A stretch of DNA of 64,000 nt, taken from Schmidtea nova (taxonomy: Eukaryota). The DNA is taken from assembly GCA_044892505.1 (NCBI GenBank), contig CM097882.1, positions 591,976,001 to 592,040,000 of the forward strand, in the 5' to 3' direction. Both the position numbers and the translations under genes were made by a program. The notes beneath the pieces were generated by a model. The model made no database searches. It was given only the letters and a program-made list of their open reading frames with translations, and had not been told where the DNA came from. Positions 13,331-26,503 of the stretch are shown piece by piece (positions within the stretch are counted from its first letter, which is position 1; each line of letters opens with the position of its first letter).

Positions 13331-13383
13331 AGTAGAGAGTGCTGTTAGAATATGTTATATAGAGAGCAACCTTTGATGCCTGT

Positions 13384-14860
13384 GTGGATTCAGTTTTTGG
13401 GACAAAAGTAGAGAAGTTACTACATTTAAGGCAATCTCTAAACGATGAACCATATAGAGTTGTAAATCAACTCGGTTTTATAGCAGATGCTTATGAAGCA
13501 GCCTTGAAATGGTTAGACAAGCAATATGGGGGTGTTGAAAGATGCTTTATTGCTATTTCAGAGGAGGTAAATCACTTCACAGCTATTCGGTCAGGGTCGA
13601 TTGGTAAACTGGAAGCTTTTCAAGAATTAATAAGCTCATTGAAAAATGAGCTAGAAGTTGGATTTTTATATCTAGCTCTACTAAAGAAGTTACCTGAACA
13701 TTTAGTGTTTCAGTGGGCAAAATGGAGACAGGACAATAAAAGGGAGAGGAATGAAGAAGCAATTGCTGAGTAGATCTTTCAATTAGCAGAAATGAAGCAA
13801 AAAGTGTTGGAAGAATTGTATGGATTTGTCGATCAACGAATGGCGTCAAAAAGACCAGATAGGCGTGAAACCATCTTGGAAGAATAATAATCAAAGTAAC
13901 TTCAGAACAAAGGGGACAAATTGCTGCTTGAATGTGTTTGTAGATGCTTCTAATATTGCCTGCGCAGCTATTTTCTACTTACGTGAAGAAGGGAAGTAAA
14001 AATTAAATTTTTATCTGCTAGAGCAAAGGTGGCGCCTATAAAAGCCATCTATATTCCTCGATTGGAATTGATGGGTGCTTGCTTAGATTTGACGCTGGCA
14101 AGAAAAGTAGTTAAAGCACTACGTTATGAATTGTCAGAAGTGATTTTCTGGCGCGACAGTCAAGATGTTTTGTGCTGGATCTATCAGCATTCAAGACTTT
14201 GGAAAACCTTTGTTGTAAATCGAGTAAGCACTATACATAATGAAACTAATGCTGAACAATGGCGTTACGTACCAACTAAAGATAATCCAATCGATTTAGT
14301 TACTCGAGGATTGTCTGAATTATGTCACACAAAAGATTGACTGTGGTGGAAAGGACCTTCATTTTTAAAAGGAGAGGAAAAATACTGGCCTAAAACTGAG
14401 CTAGAAATGAAAACTAGTGGAAATAAAAAAAAGAAAAAATTAAAGTGTTTAACAAGAATAGAAGAAAAAGATGAAGTAAAATATAAAGTTAATTGTTTTC
14501 AACCGGAAACTTATTCTTTGTGGAAACGGCTAGTTAGAGAACAATGTCGGGTGCAGCGATTCACAAATAACTGTCGAAAAAGCAAGGAATTTAGACAGAG
14601 GAGAATTGACTACAGATGAAATTCAATGTACCGAAGTAAAATTAATTATAGAGAAGCAGAATCATGCTTTCAAAGATGAAATACGAGAATTGAAAAAAGC
14701 AAAACCACTTACCATCAAAAGTAAAATATTGGGCTTTACTCCCAAATTGGATGAGGAGGGCTTGCTTAGAAGTGATAGTAGAATTATAAATGTGGAATTT
14801 ATTGTTAGAGTAGCAAATAATTTTACCATCAAAACGATGGATAACAAAATTAATAATTTT
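13384..14860 (+). mobile_element. BEL/Pao LTR retrotransposon remnant (DUF1759-type gag, Pao peptidase/RNase H, start of integrase region)
   Basis: EKLLHLRQSL...AYEAALKWLDKQYG; APIKAIYIPRLELMGA; FWRDSQDVLCWI...FVVNRVSTI...WRYVPTKDNP; LDEEGLLRSDSRI. Confidence 0.9.
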
Positions 14861-17344
14861 TAAGACAAAACAGCGAACAAAGTTTATTTTAATTTTCAGT
14901 TTTTAAATTTTCAAAAAGTCGAAATAACTCCCAAATCAATTAAACTTATTTAAATAAACAAAAACATTTTTAAACAATTAATATCCAAATGTTTTTTAAT
15001 TTAATTATTTTTGATTCACAAATTAACTGGTCCCCTAATCCCTCAAACTTATCCAAATCCCATAAATCTTTTACTTAAAATTAATTTTAATTTAATTTTA
15101 ATATGGTCGAGCCAACTGCGAAACTGGTAACAAATGATTGATATACCGCGTCTTTAATATAACCCGTATTTTTATATATCCCTCACTCCCCTTCTCCATT
15201 GAGAAGGGTTTTTAAAATTTGGTAAAGCCCTCAAGATATATGCGGGTAAATATGGTAATCTAGACTTTGAATTCAATATTAACCTCTAACAAATCAAGTC
15301 GACCAAATATCACAATTTCTATTAGACTAATGTGCATAAAAATTATACCATGAAAATATTATTTCTATACATTGAATAACATCAAAGAATTTAAACTTCA
15401 CGGTAATACATTCAATGTCAGTTATTAAGATCCAATGAGATAGTAATTTAGGTGTCTATAATATAAGAAAATTAAATCTATAAAATTAAACACTAGTCCA
15501 GGTATATTTACTCGCAGATTGGACATTAATTAAGGTCTAAATTAATACGGTAATATATTATAGGATGGTAGAAAAAGTAAATAAGTGTCATAACATGAGA
15601 TATCTTCACAGTGTTGAGTATCCCTGAATAATAAAATTAAATAAAATCATAAATAAATAAGATAATTTAGATAAAAATTGAGAGGGTAAACGAGATAATG
15701 TTCTGGAACTTGGAAAAGAAGAATTAAAAATTAAAAATAATTGAGAAATGAAAAAGTAATAGCAAAATAAAAGAAATCAAACAATAAAGAAAAAAAGGTC
15801 ATTGATAATTAATAAGTGCAAAAGGAAAAAGGAAAAAGGAATTCCAAAATTGGTAAACAAGAATAAGAAGGAAATTTATATCTTGACAGCTTGTCAGAGA
15901 TAATGTAAGAGCCATGAAAAAAAGTATGGAATATTCTGGAGGCAAAGAAGTAGGAAAAACAACAATAATCTTAAGTACTAGAGAATGACGAGCTAAAGAA
16001 AGAAACCACAGTAGATGAATTAGAATTCAAATTTGGAGAGAAATTAAATTGGTGAATTCATATTGATGAATTCAAATTAGAGGAATTAGAGAAATTGAAA
16101 TTGTAATAGAAGATATTGAAAAGAAAATTATTAACACAAATTGAATGTAGCAAAAGAGGAATTAATCGAATAAGAAGAGTCGAAACCAATTGAGTAAATT
16201 GTCAAGTTAAAGCAAGAGAACAATCAAAATCAATTTGCCAATTGTTGAATCCAACTCAATGGTCAGTGATTGTTCAATTTTTGGTATTATACAATAGTGC
16301 TATTCCTTACGAAGTGTTGTAATAAGCGCTATATAATTATCTGTTGTAGTATTAAATTGGACGTATCATTGTAATTTGTATAACAAATTGTGATAATCAA
16401 TTAAAGTTTATATTGTCTGAAAATTGTTATTTTGTGGATCAAATAAAGCACGCTTGGAGTCAGAAATTTAATTGATAAATTTAAAATTTCACCAACAACT
16501 CAATAATCCAATAATAGTCTTGCATAAATTACAATTAAAACTAAACGCCCTGCAGTGCCTCCGTTAAAATAATTAAAGTATGTGACAATTCTTAAGGTTC
16601 ATTTATGAATGAATTTATTTATCGAGAATTTTTCTATCAAATGTAATTAATTTGAATTAGTATTTGTAAAATTACGTGATTATATGATTTTTCTTACATC
16701 TATTTAACAAAATATTCAATTTTTACTAGATCGACCTTAATCAGAGACATCATCTTTTATTAATTTTCCAAAACAAATTTCAACAATTTGTTTGTTCAAT
16801 AAATCTTGATTATAAAATTTTATTTTCGGCTATAAATAAACAAAATTTCGACGACTTTCATACGAAAATTTATTAATTCCAAATTTAAAAGACAATATCA
16901 CTAAAATTTTAAATTCATAAAATTTTTTATCAAAATCACAAATATAAATTAAATTTGAATTGTTTAATTAATAATAATTACAAATCAGTTAGTCAGAACA
17001 GAGCACTCATGTTAATACTACAAAAATGTTAAAACAATATAAGAAAGTTGTAGTAAAATTCGCTTAAAATAAGAAAAATCTTTAAAAAATTGTAACTTAG
17101 TTAGAATTTTGTTTAATTTTTGTAATTTACCAGTTCTATATAAACTGGAGTCGGTTAAAGATTCAGAGAAATGGGACTCATGCGCAATAATGCCTTCTGA
17201 TATAGGCGGAAGATACTTTTAAAGATAATCTTGTTTAAAATTTAGATTTGATTTCAATTTGTAGTAACATTCTTACATAAATAATTTAGACAAATTAAAT
17301 GTCTCAGAATATTTATTAAAATACAATCACTTAAAAAATGTCAA

Positions 17345-18330
17345 ATATTAGTGCAGTTTTTTTACTATAAACTTTGAAACGCTATAACTTGGTTAATACT
17401 GAACTTTATTAATCAAAATAAGAACAATTAGATTCAATAAACTTTTATTTAACGATATAAAAGTTTGTTTATCCTGTTAACTTCAGATTTTGGGCAACGA
17501 CAAATTTTTAGAAGGCAGCATCCTGGTTTCTGAAAATTTCAGCACTAAGAAAGTTGTATAAATATTTGAAAAAGTGAGTCTTTTGTTGAGAGACCAGGTA
17601 AATATGGAGGATAATGCAATAGTAGACAGAGTTTCGATTCCGATTCATTAAGCTTCTGCAGCATTAGTTGTGCGACTTTCGACCAAGCGTTGTCATGCAA
17701 GAGGATTAAGCTCTTTCTGTCGAACAAATTCGGATAAAGATGGCCAAGTTTCAGATTCATTTCGTCGATTTCATGACAATGCTTAGCTACTGTGTATGTT
17801 TTTGCCAAGATTGAAAAAGCAATAGTAGATAATGTCGCCAGTAGACTACCAAACAGTCACTGAGACCGTTTTTTGGTTTTGATAAAGGCTTTGCAGCTTC
17901 ATTCTTTTTAAATCATTCATAAGAACGTATTCTGTTATCTAAAACAATCCATTTTTCATCACACGTCACTATACAAACTAGAAATGTGTTGTTATTGTTG
18001 TGTAAAACGAAGCTCGATGCAGACCTCGTAGCAGTAACTCCGATGATTCTCGTTCGATTCATGCGGCACCCACTTGTTGATCTTTTTCAGCTTTCTGATT
18101 TGTAAACGATGGTAGGATGATCAACACTGACTTCTTACGATACTTCTAGCGTTGATTTGAAAAGGTCAGTTTCGATTATTGCCTTCAAATAGTAATCGGA
18201 AACAACCGTGGGGCGGCCGTGACCTTACTTGTTTTCAAAGTTGATTTCTCTGCTTCGAAATTTCTGAAATCAACTGTACACACATTTACATTATTCTTGT
18301 CCAAACTTGGTTGATATTTCGAGCAGTTTG
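17345..18330 (-). mobile_element. mariner (Mos1/SETMAR-like) transposase remnant
   Basis: LFDRKSLILLHDNAW, HYPPYLPGLS, VMKNG (DEKW-like) and VTVW segments; many stops. Confidence 0.8.
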
Positions 18331-18357
18331 AGTTAAATTTTGAGTTGTATTTTGTGA

Positions 18358-18500
18358 TTATTTAACTAAATAGCCAAAAGCATATGCTATGGCAAATCAA
18401 AAGGCAGAAACAGTTGCACAAATATTTGTAGAAAAGATAATATTCAGATAAAGAGCTCCAAAAAAAATTATTAACAGTTCAAGAGAAAACTTGGCTAGAT
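18358..18500 (+). pseudogene. Ty3/gypsy integrase fragment
   Basis: YLTK*PKAYAMANQKAETVAQIFVEKIIFR*RAP resembles DYLTKWPEA...QKAETVA. Confidence 0.65.
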
Positions 18501-19321
18501 GTTCATTTATATTGTCAATAGTAGGTTAAACGATAAATCTTTCCTCTTTTCCAAATTTGTGGTCATGTCATTTACAGATTTCTGGAAGAATTTGAAGGCG
18601 ATCGTCTATGATTACGACGTGATTCAACATCACTGGATTGTCTCAATGATGTAGAGCTTTCTAGCTAGCTAATATTTTTTGTGAGCTCTTTTACAGCAGA
18701 TTTTATGGATTCTTCTGTTAAAAGTATGATCGAAAACGAAGCTGCTTTATTAGGATTTAGGTAAAATGTAAAGAGCAATAAGACTAGGAAACTAAATTAA
18801 GAACATACATGTGAAGACTCTGAAAATAGCAACAAAATTAAATATCAGGAGTGAGTATATTGACAGGAGAAATACCCCTTAAATCTAAATTGTAATATGA
18901 ATTGAGTAAATTAATCAAATCTTTCAATGTTCCGGTTCTCTGGGGGTCATTTTAATCGCCGGTACAATAATGGTGACATAATCAATGACTGCCGTAGTCG
19001 AGTACTACTATGATCACGTCTTCAAGTATTTACAGTAAGACAGGAAATATTATAATATTGATAATAAATGTTTGAATGGCCTGAAAGATTTGTGTCCGAG
19101 CTATTAACTCTAATTAGAATCTTGTCTACGATATTTCGCTAGATAAAATTTCAAAATTTTCCCTTTGATAAGCTTTAAGCATTATAATTTATGTTTTGAT
19201 CTTTAGTAGAAAACTATTTCAACTGTAATACACGATTTTATGTAAACGATTCGTTAAAGGAATCAGCCATGAAGACTAGCTTGCTTTGGTATAAGTAAAG
19301 TCAAAAGATGTCTTTCAAAAA

Positions 19322-22300
19322 CATTGGTTTTAAAAAAATATATTTTTTCGTCGCCGAAAAGTATTGAATGAAATTAGGGTATCTTCATGCCGCTGATTTT
19401 GAAAATGACTCCAGTATTATCGAATTAACTCTAGTTTTTTAGATAACAACTAACTTCACATATCTATTGTTTGTATTGAACAACAGGTAAAATATTAATA
19501 AATCTATGCGCATTCTGTCATTCATTGGAAAATTATAAATAATTGTAGTTAATATAATATAAGTTAGAAAAACCACGATCAACAGGTAAAGGGCCGACTA
19601 AATCAATATGAAGAATTCTAAACCTATTTCTAGTTTGATAATACGAAATAGGTGGTTCGGTGTGTCTAGTTATCTTGTGCCGTTAACAGCCGATACACTG
19701 ACTTACCCAAAGTTTCACATCATGTCTCATGGCTGGTCAAATAACTGACGAATGCAAAAGATTAAAAGTGGCGGAAGAACCTGGGTGATGTAAGTCATGA
19801 ACGGAATGAAAAGCTAGTTTGCGTAAGGAATTGTGTAAAATTGGTCGTAAAACACCTGATAAAAATGAATCAAAGTGAATTCCAACAACGATTTCGTGGT
19901 TGTCGTCGAAAGAGGCTATGTCTTTGGCTAAAGGTGGATTTTCACGAAGATCGTTCGATATGAACATTGGATCATAAAAAATAGCATTAGTGTTACGTGA
20001 AAAACAATCAGCAATGACGTTTTCTTTGCCCGCAATGTTGCATATATTGCAAGAAAATTCGCAGACATAACTGATTTGTCTCTGATGTCGAGGAGAAACG
20101 TCTTTCATTTTAAAAAGATAAGTTAAAGGCTTATGGACTGTGAAAATTGTAAAATGTTGACCTTCAAGTAAGTGTTTAAAATGTTTGATTGAGAGAAAAA
20201 TATCCAGAAGCTCTCTATCGAAAGCGGAATATTTCTGTTGGGCAGATGATAATTTTTTGGAAAAGAACTCTAATGGTTCCGAAACTTTGTTATTTATTTG
20301 ATGTAAAACTGCACCAATAGCTACGTTAGAAGCGTCAGTAGTCAAGTTTAAAGATAAGTCTCCTTTAGGAAAGTGGAGGCTTTGAATGCTAGAAAGAGCT
20401 GGTTTCGCGTTTTCGAATGACTGTAAAGCAACATCATTCCATACAACAAAGGATTTCTTTAATTTAGAAACTAAACCAGATAAAGGTGATAAGATGTCAG
20501 AGACCCTTGGGATGAAGCGATGACAATAATTAATTGTTCCAAGAAAACTCCTTAACTGAGATACCGTTTTTGGTAGTGGTAAATTGGAAATAGTTTCGAG
20601 CCTATCTAAAGAAGGTCGAATTCCAGTTTCGGAAATTAAGTGACCTAAGAAACTAACTTCTTGCATTTTGTCGGTATTGATTTTAAGTTTATTGTTATAT
20701 AGTGCCTTTTAGGTCATATCTAAATGCAGTTTATGTGTCTCTGTGTCAGTAGATCATATGAGAATGTCGTCTAAATATAGAATTGCAAAAGGTAAATCCA
20801 TCAAAACTTGGTCAATGTACCTTTGAAATGTCTGTGCAGAGTTACGAAGGCCAAATGGCATGCAGACGTATTCAAACAGATAGATTGGAGTCAATACGGC
20901 TGTTTTCTCGATTGCAGACTCTCATAGGGATTTAGTGATATGCCGTAACAAGATCCATTGCCGAAAAGATTTTTGCACCTGTCAAATGGTGAAGAATATC
21001 ACCGACTAATGATATAATGCATGATGTACGAATCATGTACGGTAATAGCGTTAAGGTTTCGATAGTCTCCACAAGGACGGAAAGTGCCGTATTTTTTGGG
21101 ACTAGATGTAAAGGTGAAGACATGGAGATTTATGTCTCCGAATAGTACCTTTATTCAGTAAAGTAGAAATTCCGAACGGACAAAGTCTAGTTTTTCGTTA
21201 GATAAAAGTCTCAGTTTACAACGAATAGGAAGTGATGAAGTTATTTCTATCGAGTGAAAGTATGGTGTTAAAATCTNNNNNNNNNNNNNNNNNNNNNNNN
21301 NNNNNNNNNNNNNNNNNNNNNNNNNNNNNNNNNNNNNNNNNNNNNNNNNNNNNNNNNNNNNNNNNNNNNNNNNNNNNNNNNNNNNNNNNNNNNNNNNNNN
21401 NNNNNNNNNNNNNNNNNNNNNNNNNNNNNNNNNNNNNNNNNNNNNNNNNNNNNTGCGGATGGTTAACAGCTCATGGTTTATGCTAGATGTGCTATGATTG
21501 ATTTTAGGTAAATCAAATGATTAACGATGAGAAAGAAAAGATACAGAGTGGTTCTGTGTTCTTAGAATACGGGAACAACAGTCTACTAGCAAGCTATTTG
21601 CGCTCAAAAAGTCTAAACGAGATGTCCTACTAGGAAAAAAATAATTTTTAGTTCAGTTAGCATCATCCATGAGCCACTCGTTGACAGACCGAAAATTATT
21701 TTGCCATAGCTTCAGATCAAATTTAATCAGTTCATAAAGGCTTTAATAAAGGGCGGTGATTGTTTCAAATACGTGAATGTTGGCGAAGCTCCCGTTTGAC
21801 GCAATTACGTAACAGTTGTGAAAAATTTCTTGAAAAATTATCGACCTGCTAATTATGATGAAAAGCATGATCTTTCACTTTAAAAATCTTCAGTCATTTC
21901 CAGAGAATCTATGCCACTACAACGAAGAACAATGAAAAATATTTCATTAAGATATCAAGATATCAAGGTAGGTAGTACAAATATATGATGACAGATTACT
22001 ACTTAATTATTCAATGTAAATTTTCTGCAGCAAACACAACACAAAATCAAAGAATCTCTTTCTTTGCGCCATAAATATTTTCTGAGTTCTTTCATGTATT
22101 TCCATAATACATTAAACTTGTGTATATTTTCTTAATATTAGGATTTTTCGTAGGATGGAGTAGGTTAATGAAACAATTTCACAAATTTCAAATTTTCGAT
22201 ATTTTATGGATAATGACAATTATTAAAAAAAAGAGCCAATCAACCAAAACGACTACCAGATTTGGATTCAGCATGTTAAAATTACCCAAAATTCACTCTA

Positions 22301-22334
22301 AGATCAGCGGGAATAAATATTGTGTTGACCAGTG
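19322..22334 (+). mobile_element. Chapaev3-like (CMC) DNA transposon remnant, apparently interrupted by the gypsy pol insertion and a gap
   Basis: HEPLVDRPKIILP, QFIKAL..GGDCFKY, FPENLCHYNEEQ and MMTDY segments at ~21670-22000; right end ...GACCAGTG at 22334; candidate left end CATTGGT at 19322 (weaker). Confidence 0.55.
19650..21240 (-). mobile_element. Ty3/gypsy pol remnant (RT, RNase H, start of integrase)
   Basis: SPLHLVPK, GAKIFSAMDLVTAYH, VSFLGHLIS, LRSFLGTINY, LTTDASNVAIGAVL, YSAFDRELL, GKENVIADCFSR, HDLHHPG. Confidence 0.95.
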
Positions 22335-24193
22335 TAATTGTTAGAAGATGGGCGAGTACTAAAAATTTTAAAACTAAAACACTACATAATAAGGTGCAAT
22401 AAATATAGAATAAACATAAATATACAGGAGTAAGTCTAGATATAAATAATTTCGGGAATTCATCAACAATTCAATTTATTTGACAATTATATTGATTGTG
22501 TGATCAATTTATTGACAGACAATTAATTTTTATCATCATGTCATTTTTGTGATCATTAATAACTTAACAATTTATTTATTTTTTGTGATTTATATAATTT
22601 ATATAATGTGATTCAATTTATTTCACAATCATCTTTGTAAATTCCTGGCCAGGTTCCCCATACACACATACATATATAATTAATTAAACGCTCTAGGGGC
22701 CAATTAACCAATTATTATTAAAATATATTTCATTTTTGCACCAACATGTGCTTTCAACATTTTTTATTTCGACGCTAGGCGCAATAATTGTTGCTCTTCA
22801 ACAGAAAATCATTAAAACAAAGACTCTACAAGTGCAATAGTAGTTCTAAAAGAGCAAGAATTAAAGTAATCAAATCGCCTCGAGATCAGTAAAAACAATA
22901 ATACGTAATAATAATAATAAACAATAATAACAAAATTTTTAAAAATAATAAATTTTAAAAATTGTTAAAGCTGTAAATAAATATCATCTATTTTCTTATT
23001 TTAATTACCATAAAAATTAAACATTAAATTATGAATTTATTACGAAGCAATTAGTACTTATTGTTCGGTAATGAAATATGAGAAAATTGTTTTTATTCTC
23101 GAAAAGGATTCAATAATATCATCACGAATGTCGGGAATCAAGATAACAAATTGATATTCAATTAATAACATAAATAAATCCACAAAAAATTGACAATAAC
23201 AATATTCCTAAATTGACACTCTGAAAATCCACAGATTAAATCAGAATTCTATATAGTTTTCAAATAATAAATATAATAAAATAATAATTAAGTTATCAAA
23301 ATATATATCAAAATCAAAAAATGGCTAAAAATTCCCATAAGTTAAACATACAAATTAAAACAAAAAAAATCAAAAAATACCATTAATATAATTTAACATA
23401 GAAAAAATAGGTTAATGATACTCAGACATCAACTCTTGATATATAAGCATCAACACTAAGATTTTAAAGCTCAGGAATGCTGGGAATAAAAATACTAATT
23501 AATGTCTGTACTTTTAAAAATAGAAAATTGTTGATCAAAAACAAATAGTTGACAAATGATAAGCGTTGCCACAGATTAAAGAGCAGCAAAAAATTATTAT
23601 TTAAACCAACGTTTTCCTCAGTCATTTCATAGTTGTTATCGACTATTGAAAATTAAATTTCGAGCTCAGAAACTAATTTGATCATACGCATATACATAAT
23701 AAAGAAATATATCATAAATTGTGAAGTTGTAATATTTATCCAGGTAATTATAATTGTTATATTGAATAATATCTTTTAACCAGTGTCGCCTTATTAATTT
23801 ATATAAGATACTAAGTTGAGATTATGGGAACCTCGACATAATTAATAACTGTACTATACACATTTGTACAATTAAATTTAATCGTTTTATCGAAAATTAA
23901 AAAACAATCAATCGAATAACAATCAATTAGTGATTCAAATAAAAAATAATTTCATATTTTTTTAGAGGATCTATGAATTTAATTTTAAATATTAAAACTT
24001 TTATTGAATTATAAAAATCTTAACATCTAAATATTTATTATTTCAATGATTGCGATTCAAGAAATATTTCTCTAAATAGCTTAATCTAAAATATTTTTCT
24101 TGACCACATTCTAAAATCATTCATTTGTTATTAAATCTTTATTGAAAATTACGAAAAATGGCAGATAAATGCAATAAATTATAAAATGTCATG

Positions 24194-26503
24194 TTAGATA
24201 TTCTCAATTTTCAATGATAATGGCATCACCAATTCTGATTCAAGTGGAAGTAAAAATTCATTTGAAGCTTGGTCAATTAGTTGTTGCAGTTGTCCAAATA
24301 AATTATTATGCGATAAATCTTGATAATTTTCTTCATTTAGAAAATCATTAGCAAGTTTTGTCAACGTTGGAAATATCATCAACAAAATTTTGCTTCTGCG
24401 AATATTGTTTGAAGTCGTATAATTAAGGGCTTCTAAATATGTAATTTCAAGTTCTTCTATCGCTGATGGGCCTGCTGAAATATTTTGATCTAAAATTCTT
24501 TATTATTTCATATAATCATCAATGTTTATACTTACGATCAAATAACAGTATTAGCACGAATATTATAGATTTTTCTGATTGACTGAGACTAAATTGATCG
24601 ATTTTTGACGCAAAATTAATGAAATCTTCAACTTTTTTGTTTTTTACAGTTTCGTCGAAAGGTTTATAAAGAATACTGATATTTTGGAAATGAAAAGTTT
24701 CTTTTGAATCGGAATAAGAAAATGCTATTAAAATGATTAAGCAATGTAAATTACGATTTTGTATTAAACATATTTTTTGAATATTGGTCAACTAAATAAA
24801 TTTATGAATTACAGAATTTCAATTTCAGATGGTTACTTTTTCAAAATCTGGTAAATTCTTCACTAAATAAAAAATCTTTTTTATAAAATAGTCAATCGAA
24901 ACTGTTTTATGCTATTTTATAATAATTAATACAAATAACTTTCATTAAAATTTTACTTTTTGAATTATTTCGGAATTCTGAAATGTCGTAACCAAAGATT
25001 TAATCCATTTTGACATTTCCAGCGATCCATACGATTCATTACTTATGGTTTCATCTCTATTTGATTCATCTGTTGGCTCGCTTTTAATTGAATCGTTATA
25101 TGAATTTTCTTTGATTATTGATTTTTCATTTTCTAAAATTTTCACATTCGTGGAAGTCGAAGCTGCTCTTTTCAATTTATTTAGTTTAATCAATTCATTT
25201 TTCATTTTCCTTTCATCTTCATTTAGAACAGCTAATTATGTTTTACAGATTAATAGTTATTATATACAAAATTTTAGCAATTTTCATATAAAATTACTAT
25301 CGAATTATTTTAAATTTAACTTTAATACCAATGCTAAAAATTTAATTATTCAATATTATTAATTGTTACACTGAGTGTATTTGTAACTTTAATTTATAAT
25401 ATTTTAACATAAAATTAAACACTAATAACTTACAATTTTGTGCCATTCCGGCATTTAAGCATTTATCCCACCTACAACTTCGGCATACGTCCTTTTTCAC
25501 ACGTCTCGAAATATCACACTTTCCTGTAAATTTGCATTCATAAGTTAGATTCTGTTGAACTGTTCGTCTAAAAAAGCCTTTACATCCTTCACAAGTTAAT
25601 GCTTTATAATGCAATCCCGAAGCATCATGATCGCAAACAACACATAGATATGGACCTTTAAAATTATCCATATAACTCGGAACAAACGCAGGTCCTAAAT
25701 TTAATACAGAATTATAACCTTATAAATTTAATGGTTAATAATTTAATTTTAGTCAAAAAAGGATATTGAATCAACATTTGGTCAATATTAAACATTAGTC
25801 ATATATGCGGGACTTAAAGCAATGTATGCAATATTGTTTCCGATAATATAAATCTTTAGATGAGTAGATTATGTAATATGCTGGGAAATTTTAATATTGG
25901 AGATTAATATTAAAAATTACTTTTTAATGGCTTGCCACATTTACTTCTCCCATATGGTGCTTCAACATCATGAGCAATATTTGATTCATTTTTTACTCTG
26001 TTTGATAATTTTATATTTTGGTTCATCTCTTCATAATGTCTTTTTAGAAATTTTCTTTTTGGTTTTGATAAGTTCTCTTCGTCCAATGTATTACTTTCTG
26101 TTGATTTATTTATTTCCGCAGTTTCCATTGATATAGGTTGCACAAATGGCATTTGAAATTGCATGGATATAGGACGAGAAAATGGATTAAAATAACTCGT
26201 ATTGATTGGATATATTTGTTCAAATGGTTGTTTAGGTATCTGAAGCATATTTCTATAAATGTCAATTAACTTATTCATTTCCGGTTGATTGTTAATGATT
26301 GCTATTTGCTGAGGTGTGAGTAACGCAAACTTTTTCATGATTTCTACCATATTTTCATTTCCTAAATTTAGAAAGGCATTTGGCTGAATTGTTGAGTTGT
26401 GATTTAATAAAAAGGATTGTAAACTGTTAAAGGGCAACCCGTTTTGAAAAGTATTTTGAAATTGAATATTTGCTGTTTTTGAGTCAGCCGATGAATTCTC
26501 CAT
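24194..26503 (-). CDS. THR: Thyroid hormone receptor-like nuclear receptor (NR1A); model complement(join(24194..24489,24536..24791,24837..24911,24957..25231,25434..25694,25945..26503)), 573 aa
   Basis: GT-AG splicing keeps one open frame (1722 nt). TR-type pre-DBD motif FVPSYMD..GP.LCVVC; P-box CEGCKGFFRRTVQ; hinge GMAQNSVLNEDERK; LBD-like VKNLPDFEK, FSYSDSKETF, FSLSQSEKSIIFVLILLFD. An additional upstream exon cannot be excluded. Confidence 0.85.

Noticed and set aside
21232-21486. ORFs running through N gaps (also 30378, 31837, 63226-63481)
   Set aside because: Artefacts of translating unknown bases.
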